Shown piece after piece: positions 17,406 to 28,261 of a stretch of DNA of 63,086 bases. Position numbers and translations under genes: made by a program. The DNA comes from Candidatus Hydrogenedens sp. (lineage in GTDB: Bacteria; Hydrogenedentota; Hydrogenedentia; Hydrogenedentales; Hydrogenedentaceae), in contig JBMFRC010000016.1 in NCBI GenBank assembly GCA_049968235.1, forward strand, positions 1-63,086, given 5' to 3'. The notes under the pieces are model-generated. The model ran no database searches, was not told where the DNA came from, and saw only the letters and a program-made list of their open reading frames with translations. Numbering within the stretch: position 1 is the first letter of the stretch; every line of letters begins with the position of its first letter.

Positions 17406-18650
17406 TTAACCTTCCTGAATTACTCGTTTAGTATGGTCATAAATCTGTCGTTTACCTGTATCATAAGCAATCATTGCCATAATACATGCTACCGCATGTT
17501 GGTAACCCGCGTCAATATTTGCATTTGGTTCATTCCCGTTACGCATGCATTGTAACCAATCTAAAATATGGTCAGGACGCTCTATGGGTTCAATTTCTTT
17601 CTTTTCTTTTAGTGCGTCTGTTTTTGTAAATGCACCATCAGGAAGTAAAACAGGATTATTCCAATCCTGTAAGTCCATCAATCCCTGATTTCCAAAAATC
17701 TTAAAAGAATTGCCAGCACCGTTCCCAAAGTTAGTGGAATAAGACACCATAAATCCTTCCGGATATTTCCATAGCACCTGAATATGGTCAGGGCAGGAGA
17801 AATTATATTCATCTTTCCATGTATAGATATCGCCTGAACAAACCGCACTTTCCGGAAATTGGGCGCCGGTAATGTAGTGCACCAAATCTATAAAATGACT
17901 TCCCCATTGAGGGATAGGTCCATCTGAAAAATCACGGTAACCATACCATGCGGAACATAGAACCGGATTAAACGGTTTATCTGTTACACCGGCTGTAAAT
18001 TCCTTCCAGTTAACATCTGCCGGATTTAAGTCAGTTACGATTTTCGAATACCAATACGGTTTATTCCCATTTCTACATTGTTCTACCCGACTTACTTTTC
18101 CGAGAATACCCGATTTATATGACTCGCGAGCACCTGTAAAACTGGGATAACTCCGCAATTGTGTCCCAATTTGAACTATAACTTTATTATCTTTAACCGC
18201 ATCATAAGCAGAGATAAGTTCTTTCATATGGTTCGCTAATGGCTTCTCACAGTAAGCGTGTTTCTTCATCTTTGCAGTTGCTTCTAATTGGCGAGCATGC
18301 ACATGGTCTGCGGAAGCAATTACTACCGCATCCACTTTCGCCTTTGACAGGAGGTCCTGATACGACTCAAATTGTTGTGGGTCTTTGCCATATACATCTT
18401 TTACCATTTTCGCCATTTTTTCTCGTTTCTCTTTCCACGGGTCGCAAACGGCAATAATTTCTACATTTTCTTTATCTTTATAGGCGCTGATTTGTTTAAA
18501 ATGGTCATGAGACCTACCTCCACAACCTATCATACCGATAGTAATCCGGTCATTCGCTCCTGCAATTCGTGAATAAGTTAATGCAGATAAGGTAACTGCT
18601 GTGCTTAAAGATGCAGTCTTTAGAAATTCTCTACGCGTTTTCTCTTTCAT
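17406..18650 (-). CDS. Tat-exported Gfo/Idh/MocA-family oxidoreductase, copy 2 (tandem paralog)
   Basis: About 85% identical in protein to copy 1. I prefer the start at MKEKTRREFLKT (18650) by analogy with the paralog. The ORF-track start is 18668. Confidence 0.85.
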   Translation of the reverse strand: MKEKTRREFLKTASLSTAVTLSALTYSRIAGANDRITIGMIGCGGRSHDHFKQISAYKDKENVEIIAVCDPWKEKREKMAKMVKDVYGKDPQQFESYQDLLSKAKVDAVVIASADHVHARQLEATAKMKKHAYCEKPLANHMKELISAYDAVKDNKVIVQIGTQLRSYPSFTGARESYKSGILGKVSRVEQCRNGNKPYWYSKIVTDLNPADVNWKEFTAGVTDKPFNPVLCSAWYGYRDFSDGPIPQWGSHFIDLVHYITGAQFPESAVCSGDIYTWKDEYNFSCPDHIQVLWKYPEGFMVSYSTNFGNGAGNSFKIFGNQGLMDLQDWNNPVLLPDGAFTKTDALKEKKEIEPIERPDHILDWLQCMRNGNEPNANIDAGYQHAVACIMAMIAYDTGKRQIYDHTKRVIQEG

Positions 18651-18949
18651 AAAATTTTCTCCAATCACAATATTAGTTATTTACAATGATTATGTTCCAA
18701 AAACTATTTCATACATTACTACATTATTTTCTATTGTTTCAAAATGTATTTTTTGTCCCTCACTCTCGAACCAATCTACTGGATAAAAATTTTTTATGCC
18801 AACAAACTTTTTAAGTAAGGAGGGATGCTTATGCTACATTTGATATAATAGAGCAAAAGAATGTCTTTACTACAAAATGACATTTTGTTTTATATTTTTC
18901 ATGTAATGCAAATATGTCTATGGAGATAATTATTAGAAAAGTCCATATA

Positions 18950-20695
18950 TTACTTTTCCCCCCCTATTTGCTGTAAAACTTCTTTATCCCAATGAAGTGG
19001 AATAGAATCTTTCTGAAGCATTTGTTGAAATTGTTCCAACAAATTGGAATTGTTTCTAACCTGACGGGGTAGAAGATTATTTTGTTTACAAAATGATAGA
19101 AGGCAACCGACTGCTTCTCCAATATGCCATTCAACCTGATGAAGACGATATGCTCCGTTGGTAATATGTGTAGTTCCTATATTTTTTGCAACAGGTAGCA
19201 TGTTTTCAATTCGTTTGGGTATTAAGGCTCCTAAAGGTATCTGGAAAGGTAACGAATCTACATCGAAATAATTTTTACCATTGGTTCGTGGGTGTAGGTC
19301 AATACGATAATAACCAATACCCACAGTATCTTTGAAAAATTCGGGGGTGATATAATCCTGTGTTTTAAACATTTCTTTTCGGGCATCTTTCCCAATGTGT
19401 TGTTCACATATTGTAAATTCCGCTTTAATTCGTCTTGCTTCACGGATATAGGGTCTCATGGCGAACCCATCTTCTGTTCCGGTAACATCGGGACGTAGTC
19501 GCAAACCTTTCCATCCTGTTCCACCATCGGGACGGGCTACTTCGGTTTGTAACCAATAAAAGAGGGCAAGACTTAATTCTTTGGCTTTTCTTTCATGATA
19601 TAAATCTTCTTCTTTCGTTTTGTTTTCAATAATATTTCCCAAAAAATAATCATTTTGAGGCCAATTGACAATCGTTATGCTGTAAGGAATAATGTTTGTG
19701 TCAAAAATATTCCTATCCAAAATTTGACGGTAATTCCACCAACTTGCTTTAGTCTGTCCTGTCGGGTCAAATGGCATGGTACGGAGTTGTAAAGTTACAG
19801 GATGTGTTGCTGTTAGGCTTAATAAAGGACCTGTCCATGGGGGGGCTAACTTAGGAATGAATGAACGCCAAAAATCATAATTTTTAGGTTTGTTAATTTG
19901 GTGGTTTCCCTCCGGTTCATAATCCATAGCAAAACACCATGTGCATGCCTGCATCGCATGAGGGTTAGATTTCGTAGAAGCATGAGGTTCTCCAGTCTCT
20001 TTTTGCGACTCCATACCGGTAACATATTCTACTTTCCCTAAAGGGAGCAATTCTCCTGTTTCCGTAGCATCGATAAAATAAGGAGCGGAAAGCCAAATAT
20101 CGTTCCCTGTTTCTAAGGAAGAAACCTTAACAGCGGAGAAATAATCATTATTTGTTTCTACCAATACAGGGATGTGTTTCTTTAATACAACAAGTTTTTT
20201 CCCTGATATGTAAGGAGAAAGAAGAGTTTCAATTACCTGTGCACTAACACGAGGTTCATGGCAGATTCGTGAAACATTCCCATTTCCGGGGTTTAATTTG
20301 GGATTATTTTTGTGTTCTTCAAGTAAGGGATAATTCTTACGGTAAAAATCACGAATTGCATTTCGGAACTGTTTATATCTTTCTGTAGAACCTTTATCTT
20401 CCACCCATGGGTTTTCATCTGGCGGAACAGCCTGCGAAGTCATCTGTCCTCCCAGCCATAAAGTTTCCTCTGTAATGATTACGGATAATCCATGTTGCAA
20501 TGCAGATAAGGCACATGCCACTCCTCCTACACCACCACCAATTATGACCACATCTGCTTTTATTAGTTCCATTTTCCTCTGTTTCTTATTAAAAATTTTT
20601 TCCGAATTACGAGGTTTAATGGCACTACTTTTTGAAGAGGATACATATAAAATAGGGGATGTTCCTAACGCTAATAAGAAATTTCTACGTTTCAT
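18950..20695 (-). CDS. FAD-dependent oxidoreductase (FAD_oxidored family) with an N-terminal Tat-like signal
   Basis: MKRRNFLLALGTS, then DVVIIGGGVGGVACALSALQHGLSVIITEE (a GxGxxG FAD fold). Confidence 0.75.
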   Translation of the reverse strand: MKRRNFLLALGTSPILYVSSSKSSAIKPRNSEKIFNKKQRKMELIKADVVIIGGGVGGVACALSALQHGLSVIITEETLWLGGQMTSQAVPPDENPWVEDKGSTERYKQFRNAIRDFYRKNYPLLEEHKNNPKLNPGNGNVSRICHEPRVSAQVIETLLSPYISGKKLVVLKKHIPVLVETNNDYFSAVKVSSLETGNDIWLSAPYFIDATETGELLPLGKVEYVTGMESQKETGEPHASTKSNPHAMQACTWCFAMDYEPEGNHQINKPKNYDFWRSFIPKLAPPWTGPLLSLTATHPVTLQLRTMPFDPTGQTKASWWNYRQILDRNIFDTNIIPYSITIVNWPQNDYFLGNIIENKTKEEDLYHERKAKELSLALFYWLQTEVARPDGGTGWKGLRLRPDVTGTEDGFAMRPYIREARRIKAEFTICEQHIGKDARKEMFKTQDYITPEFFKDTVGIGYYRIDLHPRTNGKNYFDVDSLPFQIPLGALIPKRIENMLPVAKNIGTTHITNGAYRLHQVEWHIGEAVGCLLSFCKQNNLLPRQVRNNSNLLEQFQQMLQKDSIPLHWDKEVLQQIGGEK

Positions 20696-20855
20696 ATCAA
20701 AATCCTTTTTATTTTAATTAAAAAATATAAAGTTTTATGTAAAATTTTGAAACCATTTTTTTTGAATAATAGTCATAACTTTCACTAAAAGAGTGGTATC
20801 TTTTAAACTTTAACAACTATAACACAAAAAAACAAACAAATAAAGGAGATTCAAT

Positions 20856-21317
20856 ATGAAAAGAATCCTTATTAGCTCTCTCGTTGTAATGTCTATGGTC
20901 GCTATGTTTTCTATTCTGGGCTGTGCCGGAATGGGGAAAGGTCCATCAGATGAGGAATTAATCCGTGCTACCATAGATAAAGTTAAAACCGCATTAGAAG
21001 CCAAAAACATTGATATGTTGATGGAAACTTTGGCTGACGATTTTGAGCATCCGGAAGTCGGCGGGAAACAGGAAGTTCGTCCCATGCTTCAATTAGGTCT
21101 TGAATCCGGTTATGCGGATGAAGGCAAAGTGGATTTAGGAAATATGCAGATTAAAATTAATGATGATGGAACAGCCTCTGCATATCCAATTGACCTAAGC
21201 AGTGTTGCAGGTGCGGTTTCTGTAGAACTTGTTTTGAAAAAATATGAAGTAACCAATGATAAAGGGAAAAAAGTTCCTGCATGGTTAGTTAAGACTGTCA
21301 ATGTTGATGGACTATAA
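20856..21317 (+). CDS. Small lipoprotein
   Basis: AAGGAG ribosome-binding site. The signal peptide ends in the lipobox FSILGCAG. Confidence 0.6.
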   Translation: MKRILISSLVVMSMVAMFSILGCAGMGKGPSDEELIRATIDKVKTALEAKNIDMLMETLADDFEHPEVGGKQEVRPMLQLGLESGYADEGKVDLGNMQIKINDDGTASAYPIDLSSVAGAVSVELVLKKYEVTNDKGKKVPAWLVKTVNVDGL

Positions 21318-21357
21318 TAGTTTCTAAAATAAGTATATTTTATACTCTCTGTTTTTT

Positions 21358-21392
21358 CCCGATGGCTTTTTTAAGCCATCGGGAAGGTTTTT
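21358..21392 (+). terminator. Rho-independent terminator
   Basis: Perfect 10-bp stem CCCGATGGCT / AGCCATCGGG with a TTTTTA loop, followed by AAGGTTTTT. Confidence 0.8.
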
Positions 21393-21503
21393 AAATGAGA
21401 TATGATAGATACCTTAGATGAAATAGAAATAAGTTTTTCATTATAATGTTTTTCTTATTAATAATATATTTGTAAAAATTAAATATAAAAATAAAGAAAA
21501 ACA

Positions 21504-22871
21504 ATGTCTATAGGGAAAAAAACTAAAAAAATAGGGATAATTACCTTAGGGTGTGATAAGAATACAGTTGATAATGAATATATAGCAGGTCTACTGGAAG
21601 ATTCAGGGTATAAAGTAATACCGTTAGATACTTTTAATTCGGAAGAGAGTTTTGATGTAATCTTACTAAATACTTGCGGTTTTATTTTAGATGCAAAAAA
21701 GCAGTCTATTGATATGATTGCTGAAATAGCAGAAAACAAGAGAAAAAGAAGGAACCCGTCAAGATTCTTTGTTTTTGGGTGTTTAGCCCAGCGATATCCA
21801 CAGGAATTATGGGAAGAGTTTCCGGAAATTGACGGATTAGTAGGGGTAGGACAACTGGAAACCTTACTAAGGTACATTCAAGATGAAGATTTACCGCGTT
21901 ATCAAAAAATTTGTTGTTTAAAGAAACCCATTGTAAGTGTGGATAGATATATCCGTAGAAAAATTATTACCCCATCTGCCTATTCTTTTCTAAAAATTGC
22001 AGATGGTTGTTCCCATTCCTGTTCCTTTTGTGCTATTCCCAAAATAAAAGGACCTTACCATTCTGTACCCATGGATACTCTTTTACAAGAAGCAGAATAT
22101 CTGATTGGACAAGGTATAAAGGAAATTAATCTAATTGCTCAGGATATAACCCGTTATGGTAGAGATTTGAAAAAAAAGTATGGCTTGTCTGAACTAATTC
22201 AGGAATTAGCAAAATTGAGGGGAGATTTTTGGATACGCTGTCTCTATGTATTGCCATCAGGGATAACGAAAAAACTTTTACAGGTTATGGAAACAGAACC
22301 TAAGGTAGCCCATTATTTAGATATACCTGTTCAACATATAGATAAAAAAATACTTCGTTTAATGAATCGCCCCGGCTGGAATAAAGATGTTATTAAGATG
22401 TTACAGGAAATACGAAATTTCATACCTGATATAGTTTTCCGAACCACAATCATTTTAGGTTTTCCTGGAGAGAGTTTCAGAGCATTTCAGCAGTTAATAA
22501 ACGGGATAGAACAAATCCGTTTTGAACGATTGGGTTCTTTCATTTTTTCTCCGGAAGAAGATACCCCCGCCATAGATTTGCCCCAAAAAGTAGGGAAACT
22601 GGTAGCGGAACGACGCTATCATATTCTTATGGAAACACAGGCAGAAATATCATATGAATTTAACAAAAGTCGCATAGGTAAAGAATACAAAGTTTTAATT
22701 GATGACTATGATAAAGAAAAGAAACTTTGGATAGGCAGGTCGTATGCAGAAGCACCGGATGTTGATGGTGTTATCTGGATAACCTCTCCCAAAAACTTAC
22801 AGATAGGTGAATTTTATCAAGTAAAGATAAGAACAGCAGAGATATATGACCTTTATGGAGAGGTTGTATAA
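21504..22871 (+). CDS. rimO: Ribosomal protein S12 methylthiotransferase RimO (radical SAM MTTase with TRAM domain)
   Basis: KKIGIITLGCDKNTVDNEYIAGLLEDSGY parallels the E. coli RimO N-terminus. Radical SAM motif CSHSCSFC. C-terminal TRAM-like domain. 455 aa. Confidence 0.8.
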   Translation: MSIGKKTKKIGIITLGCDKNTVDNEYIAGLLEDSGYKVIPLDTFNSEESFDVILLNTCGFILDAKKQSIDMIAEIAENKRKRRNPSRFFVFGCLAQRYPQELWEEFPEIDGLVGVGQLETLLRYIQDEDLPRYQKICCLKKPIVSVDRYIRRKIITPSAYSFLKIADGCSHSCSFCAIPKIKGPYHSVPMDTLLQEAEYLIGQGIKEINLIAQDITRYGRDLKKKYGLSELIQELAKLRGDFWIRCLYVLPSGITKKLLQVMETEPKVAHYLDIPVQHIDKKILRLMNRPGWNKDVIKMLQEIRNFIPDIVFRTTIILGFPGESFRAFQQLINGIEQIRFERLGSFIFSPEEDTPAIDLPQKVGKLVAERRYHILMETQAEISYEFNKSRIGKEYKVLIDDYDKEKKLWIGRSYAEAPDVDGVIWITSPKNLQIGEFYQVKIRTAEIYDLYGEVV

Positions 22872-23073
22872 ATATTCCTATTACTTGTCTCCTTGTTGTT
22901 ATGTATTGTATAGATTTAATAACCTGCTTTTTAAAATTTAAGAAAAAAAATAAAAAAGCAAGCGATTTTTAACATAGAACATACAGAGGAATACAGGAAA
23001 CAACGACAATATGCTGACTACTGTTTTTTTCTCTATTTTGCTCTTGTAATAGCGATTCAATAAATATCTAAAT

Positions 23074-23754
23074 CTAAAATTTGGGACCTTCTACATCAAA
23101 GAACATACCTTCGATTGGAATGTATTCAAAACGGACTACATTTTTGTAGGGAATAATTTCTACTACACGAATATTATCAAACTCATCACCAACTCGTGCA
23201 GCAACTCGTTTCTTTTCACCCGTGATGCGATTAATAACTTCGACGAAAATGGTCGTTTGCCCCGTATCTTTATCTTCAAGGAAGCCGCGTATAAAAACTT
23301 TAGGTTGTGCAACTAATTGTTCGCCCCGCATTTTTAATCGTCGTAATGCTTCACTTTTTGCCCCTAATGTTTCGTATATATCAATACATGCCAACGCGAG
23401 AACCCAGCGATTGTTATCTTTGGCAATTTTTGCCCACTGAGCCACCTCTTTAGCCACCTCTTTACAGGCTTCCTGGGCTAATGGATTATCCGCGTACTTT
23501 TGGACGAAATTGAATACATCGTTTATCACCTGTAATCTTATATCTTCGCGAATATAGGGATAATTTACATTGGGAGAGAATGGTATATACATCTGAATGG
23601 GGGATAGTATTTCATTTAGTTGTTTCAAAAAATCTTCTTTGGTTTGAGGAATTTCCTCTGTCTTTTTCGTTTCTTTGGGTCTACACGCTGTAAATATGAT
23701 TATGATAAATAAACAAATAATGAGTGGTAATATATAATTTTTGTTAAATCTCAT
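23074..23754 (-). CDS. Hypothetical lipoprotein
   Basis: N-terminal transmembrane/signal segment with lipobox-like FTACRP. No recognisable catalytic motif. Confidence 0.5.
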   Translation of the reverse strand: MRFNKNYILPLIICLFIIIIFTACRPKETKKTEEIPQTKEDFLKQLNEILSPIQMYIPFSPNVNYPYIREDIRLQVINDVFNFVQKYADNPLAQEACKEVAKEVAQWAKIAKDNNRWVLALACIDIYETLGAKSEALRRLKMRGEQLVAQPKVFIRGFLEDKDTGQTTIFVEVINRITGEKKRVAARVGDEFDNIRVVEIIPYKNVVRFEYIPIEGMFFDVEGPKF

Positions 23755-23874
23755 GGAAACCCTTTTCGTTGTATAGTGAAGAATTACAATAGATTATTTT
23801 TGGTAATTATTTATATAAACACATTATAATTAAATTCCTTTCAATAAAAAAACGAAAGAAAAGGTAATGTTTGG

Positions 23875-25248
23875 GTGACATCGGAAATTTTGGATATAGA
23901 ACAAAGGCATATCTGGTCGGTCTCAGAATTGAACCGAAAGATTCGTGATTTGCTGGAGGAAGAAATTGGCTATATCTGGCTTAACGGAGAAATATCGAAC
24001 TGGCGAGTCGCTCCTTCCGGTCATGCTTATTTTACATTGAAAGACGCAGATAGCGAGATTACCTCTGCCATGTTCCGGAGTTATCTCCAGAATATAAGGT
24101 TTCAGCCTGAGAATGGTATGGAGGTGCTTGTTTATGGACAGATTACAGTATATGAAAAGAGAGGAACTCATCAAATCATTGTTGAACAAATGGAACCTAA
24201 GGGTATCGGAGCCCTTCAATTAGCATTTGAACAATTGAAAAAAAAATTAGAAGCGGAAGGATTGTTTGACCCTGCTCATAAAAAGAAGTTACCTATTCTA
24301 CCTAAAGTAATTGGAATAGTAACTTCTCCATCCGGAGCGGCAATACGGGACATATTAAAAGTATTGTCGCGTCGTTTTGCGAATATACATGTTATTCTTT
24401 ATCCTGCACGGGTGCAGGGGAAAGAAGCGAGTTCGGAGATTGTTGCAGGAATTCAATATCTGGACCAATACGGTGTGGATGTTATTATTGTTGGTAGGGG
24501 GGGTGGTTCTATTGAGGACCTCTGGTCTTTTAATGAAGAGATTGTTGTTCGTGCAGTATATAATGCGAAAACGCCTATTATCTCGGCGGTAGGGCATGAA
24601 ATTGATTTTACACTTACAGATTTTTCCGCCGATGTTCGTGCTCCGACTCCTTCTGCCGCTGCAGAAATGGTTATTCAGGACCAGACCGTTTTATGGGATA
24701 CGATACAAACACGTAAACAAAAGTTGGTTCGAGCGATTAAACAAATTGCCCAGCGTTATTCTCACCGACTTGAACTGGCTCAACAGCGCCGTGGTTTCCA
24801 GAGTATCCATAATATCATTCGTGATAATTTACTTTGTTTGATGGATTACAGGAAGCAACTGGAGGATTGGTGGGAGTGGGAAAAGGAGGCATTGCATTCG
24901 CGAATACAAAAGGCAATGTATGCTTTGCAAATTATGTCCCCTCAATCAAGAATTCAATCACAAAAAGAGAAACTGGACTACATAAAGAAACAGTTAGAAC
25001 AAAAAATAAATGTTACTTTTCAGGATAGAAAATCAAAATATATGTTCCATGTGGCTAAATTAGAGGCACTCAGTCCGTTGAAAGTATTAGGTCGTGGATA
25101 CGCACTTGTATGGCTTGAACCGGAGCATAAATTAGTTCGATGTGTGGAACAACTGGGTATAGGTAATTCCGTGAAAATGCAATTTTCAGATGGTATTGCA
25201 AATGCCATTGTTAAAACTATAGAACATAAAAAGGATGAACAACCATGA
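23875..25248 (+). CDS. xseA: Exodeoxyribonuclease VII large subunit
   Basis: GTG start. N-terminal OB fold ([14 protein letters not shown]...[10 protein letters not shown]...GHAYFTLKD) and central catalytic region ([17 protein letters not shown]...[19 protein letters not shown]). Confidence 0.9.
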   Translation: MTSEILDIEQRHIWSVSELNRKIRDLLEEEIGYIWLNGEISNWRVAPSGHAYFTLKDADSEITSAMFRSYLQNIRFQPENGMEVLVYGQITVYEKRGTHQIIVEQMEPKGIGALQLAFEQLKKKLEAEGLFDPAHKKKLPILPKVIGIVTSPSGAAIRDILKVLSRRFANIHVILYPARVQGKEASSEIVAGIQYLDQYGVDVIIVGRGGGSIEDLWSFNEEIVVRAVYNAKTPIISAVGHEIDFTLTDFSADVRAPTPSAAAEMVIQDQTVLWDTIQTRKQKLVRAIKQIAQRYSHRLELAQQRRGFQSIHNIIRDNLLCLMDYRKQLEDWWEWEKEALHSRIQKAMYALQIMSPQSRIQSQKEKLDYIKKQLEQKINVTFQDRKSKYMFHVAKLEALSPLKVLGRGYALVWLEPEHKLVRCVEQLGIGNSVKMQFSDGIANAIVKTIEHKKDEQP

Positions 25249-25622
25249 AAGAAAAGCACGAAAAACCTGTTTATGGCAATTTTGAAAAAGACCTGGAAAA
25301 ATTGGAACAAATTGTTCAAAATTTAGAAAAAGGGGAATTAACATTAGAAGAAGCCCTAAAACAATTTGAAGAGGGAATTCGTCTCGCGAGACAATGTGAA
25401 AAAGCCCTTTCCGAAGCGGAACGGAAAATAGAAATACTTTTAAAGAATGAAGATGGAGTAATAGAAGCGAAACCCTTTGAACTTTCTGATACAGATAATG
25501 GAGAGGATGTATCCTCAAATATATCCGTAAATTCTGAGAAGGTTACTCAACCGCGAACAAAAAAAACAAGTTATAAAGAGAATTCTTCTGAAATCGATAT
25601 TAACGAGGACTTACCTTTCTGA
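25245..25622 (+). CDS. xseB: Exodeoxyribonuclease VII small subunit, with a ~45-aa acidic/Ser-rich C-terminal extension
   Basis: ATGA overlap with xse[45 protein letters not shown] is the XseB core. 125 aa, where XseB is usually 70-80 aa. Confidence 0.8.
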   Translation: MKEKHEKPVYGNFEKDLEKLEQIVQNLEKGELTLEEALKQFEEGIRLARQCEKALSEAERKIEILLKNEDGVIEAKPFELSDTDNGEDVSSNISVNSEKVTQPRTKKTSYKENSSEIDINEDLPF

Positions 25623-26524
25623 TGGATATATTCAATGCATTGAGAAACAAATTTCATAAGGAGAAAGTGGAACAATTTCTTCTTGATAAGGGCAGACAAA
25701 CGGAAAAAGCCATTCGTGGGTATTTATCCCAATTAAAATGTCCTATTCCGGGACTTATTGAAGCCATGGAATACAGTCTTTTTGCAGGTGGAAAACGACT
25801 CCGTCCCGCATTGGTTTTAGGGTCTGCTGAACTATTTGATGGAAATATACAAAATGTGATGCCCTCCGCATGTGCCATCGAAATGATACATACCTATTCC
25901 CTTATCCATGATGATTTGCCTGCTTTGGATAATGATGACTTTCGAAGAGGCAAACCAACCCTACATAAAGTATATGGTGAATCAGTTGCCCTTCTGGCGG
26001 GAGATGGATTATTAACACTGGCATTTGAATTATTAGCAAGTACAGGAAATGCGGAGGTCGTGATGGAGGTTGCTCATTCAGCAGGTGTTAATGGTATGGT
26101 AGGTGGGCAATATCTGGATATAAAAGCAGAAGGAACACTTGTATCTATGGAAACTTTGCAAGAAATACACCGAAAAAAGACAGGTGCTTTGATTTGTGTA
26201 TCATTACGATGTGGAGCCTTGCTTTCCAATGCCCCTGCTGAAGGTTTACAAACAATAACAGAATACGGAAAACATTTAGGGCTTGCTTTTCAGATTGTAG
26301 ATGATATTTTGAATGTAACTGGTGATGAAAAAACCTTAGGAAAACCTGTCGGAAGTGATAAAGAACATAAAAAATCTACCTATCCCGCCCTGTTAGGTTT
26401 ACAAAAGGCTCAGGAGTTAGCCTTGGAACATACTCAAAAAGCGATTTCAACTTTGAACTATTTGGGCGATAAGGCAGAAATTTTCCGACAATTGGCTTTG
26501 TATATGCTTTTCCGCAATCACTAA
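25622..26524 (+). CDS. ispA: Farnesyl/geranyl diphosphate synthase (polyprenyl synthetase)
   Basis: First DDxxD motif LIHDDLPALDNDDFRRGKPT. Second motif FQIVDDILNVTGD. Conserved xseB-ispA linkage. Confidence 0.9.
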   Translation: MDIFNALRNKFHKEKVEQFLLDKGRQTEKAIRGYLSQLKCPIPGLIEAMEYSLFAGGKRLRPALVLGSAELFDGNIQNVMPSACAIEMIHTYSLIHDDLPALDNDDFRRGKPTLHKVYGESVALLAGDGLLTLAFELLASTGNAEVVMEVAHSAGVNGMVGGQYLDIKAEGTLVSMETLQEIHRKKTGALICVSLRCGALLSNAPAEGLQTITEYGKHLGLAFQIVDDILNVTGDEKTLGKPVGSDKEHKKSTYPALLGLQKAQELALEHTQKAISTLNYLGDKAEIFRQLALYMLFRNH

Positions 26525-26549
26525 AAAAGGGACTGATGTTATCTAATAC

Positions 26550-28259
26550 ATGAATACTCACATTAAAGAAGTTATACAAAATGTTTTAGAAAATAAGTGG
26601 AGATATAATTTACAAAATATTTCCATACGAAATACTGTTCCTATAGATATTACGGACAAATTAATTGCCTTTACACTTTGTGTAGTATTTATTGCTTTTG
26701 CTTTATGGATAGGCATTGTTAGTTCCCGACCTTTTCAATGGCCCTTTAATTGGGATACCCTTCGCGATATAGGAATTGCACAAACCTTCCTTGATAAGAC
26801 TTACCCTGAAGACCCTATATTAAAAGGAGAAATTAATTGGTATAACCCCCTAACGGGATTTGTAATTGCCCTATCCAGCAAAATACTCGATACATCATTA
26901 CCCAAAACATGTATGCAAATAGGTCCCTTTTTGCAGTTATTGCTACCTATTGCAGTGATGTTATTAGCATGGAATTGTTGGGGACCATGGGCAGGTTTCT
27001 TATCTATAACATACTTTATTTTTGCAAGACACCCTTATCTACCCGAGTGGATGTATTCCTCTTATTCCCCCTGGCTAATAGCACCCCAGTGGGGGAAAAC
27101 ATTTTTTTTCTTAACAATTCTTATGTTTATTCTTTATGCTGAGAAAAAGAAACACCTATTTTCTATTTTATGTGGAGTGTTTTTAGGGCTGGGATTTCTC
27201 ACACACACGGCAGTTTTAATAGAAGCGGGATTATTTATTGCTTTGTATTCCCTTGTTAAGATTATCCAGTTTTCTCGTTCTTCCCTGAGACAGGAACTTA
27301 TACAATACCTCAAAGGAATAGGTATCCTTCTGGGGATAGCACTTTTTTTGAGCAGTCCTTATTGGTTACCCATTTTTATTCGTTATCGATTCATTATTCG
27401 CAATCCCTATCCATCTCTTTATGTAACCTCAGCCCTTGAATTGAAAAATCTTCCAACAACTTTGCTAAAAAGTGCTAATGGTTTTACTGTGATAGGTGTT
27501 ATCTCTATTTTATTTTTCTTTATCCACAGAAAAAAACAAGAATTATGGTGGTTGAGGATATGGACAGTAGTGGTCCTTCTTTTAGTATTTCAACAGATAA
27601 TATCTCAGTGTTTATACTATTATGGCTTTGCATTTCCAGCATTTTTTCCTCCCCATCACACCTTTATGTCCGTTCATGCGTTAATAGGATTCTGGTTTGT
27701 TTACGGCTCTCTTCAGGTAGCAGGGGTGATTGTTCATTTTTTCCAACGCAGAAACATTCATTACTGGCTTCAGAAGGGAATATACCTTGTTGTTTTATCT
27801 TTGATATTCCTTATGGGTGTGACTACTTTGGTAAGACCTATTCCACCACTACACGAAATCTATCGCGGAATGGAAGTAAATAAATTGGCACATGATGTTG
27901 CTCGATTTGATAACGTTTATAAATGGATATTAAATAATACAACACCTCAGGACTTATTTTTATGTGATGAGGTTACAGGAATCTGGACAGTTATGCCTGC
28001 AGGTAGAAAACTGGTTTATACCATGATGTTTTACATGAACCCTTATTGTGAAATAGGCTACCGTATAGGATTCCTTAATTATATATGGAATCCACTCCGA
28101 GAACAGCGGTATAGTGATTTTCTTGCTCTCTGTCAACAAAAAAAACTGAACTATATTCTTTTACGGCATACGGATGAAAATAAACCTCTTCTGGATAAAA
28201 TGAAAAAAATACATAAATGTTATGAAGACCATCAGGTTGTTATATACAAAATTCCATAA
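26550..28259 (+). CDS. Polytopic integral membrane protein (>=10 predicted transmembrane segments); possible GT-C-type glycosyltransferase
   Basis: 569 aa, dominated by hydrophobic helices, with a roughly 150-aa hydrophilic C-terminal domain. Convergent with the GT-C-like operon. Confidence 0.5.
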   Translation: MNTHIKEVIQNVLENKWRYNLQNISIRNTVPIDITDKLIAFTLCVVFIAFALWIGIVSSRPFQWPFNWDTLRDIGIAQTFLDKTYPEDPILKGEINWYNPLTGFVIALSSKILDTSLPKTCMQIGPFLQLLLPIAVMLLAWNCWGPWAGFLSITYFIFARHPYLPEWMYSSYSPWLIAPQWGKTFFFLTILMFILYAEKKKHLFSILCGVFLGLGFLTHTAVLIEAGLFIALYSLVKIIQFSRSSLRQELIQYLKGIGILLGIALFLSSPYWLPIFIRYRFIIRNPYPSLYVTSALELKNLPTTLLKSANGFTVIGVISILFFFIHRKKQELWWLRIWTVVVLLLVFQQIISQCLYYYGFAFPAFFPPHHTFMSVHALIGFWFVYGSLQVAGVIVHFFQRRNIHYWLQKGIYLVVLSLIFLMGVTTLVRPIPPLHEIYRGMEVNKLAHDVARFDNVYKWILNNTTPQDLFLCDEVTGIWTVMPAGRKLVYTMMFYMNPYCEIGYRIGFLNYIWNPLREQRYSDFLALCQQKKLNYILLRHTDENKPLLDKMKKIHKCYEDHQVVIYKIP

Positions 28260-28261
28260 TT

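Larger units (their letters stand above)
16140..18668. repeat. Tandem direct duplication of ~1.26 kb (two paralogous Gfo/Idh/MocA genes with a 21-bp spacer)
   Basis: The two genes align over their full length at about 85% nucleotide identity. For example, 16140-16330 aligns with 17406-17600. Confidence 0.8.
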
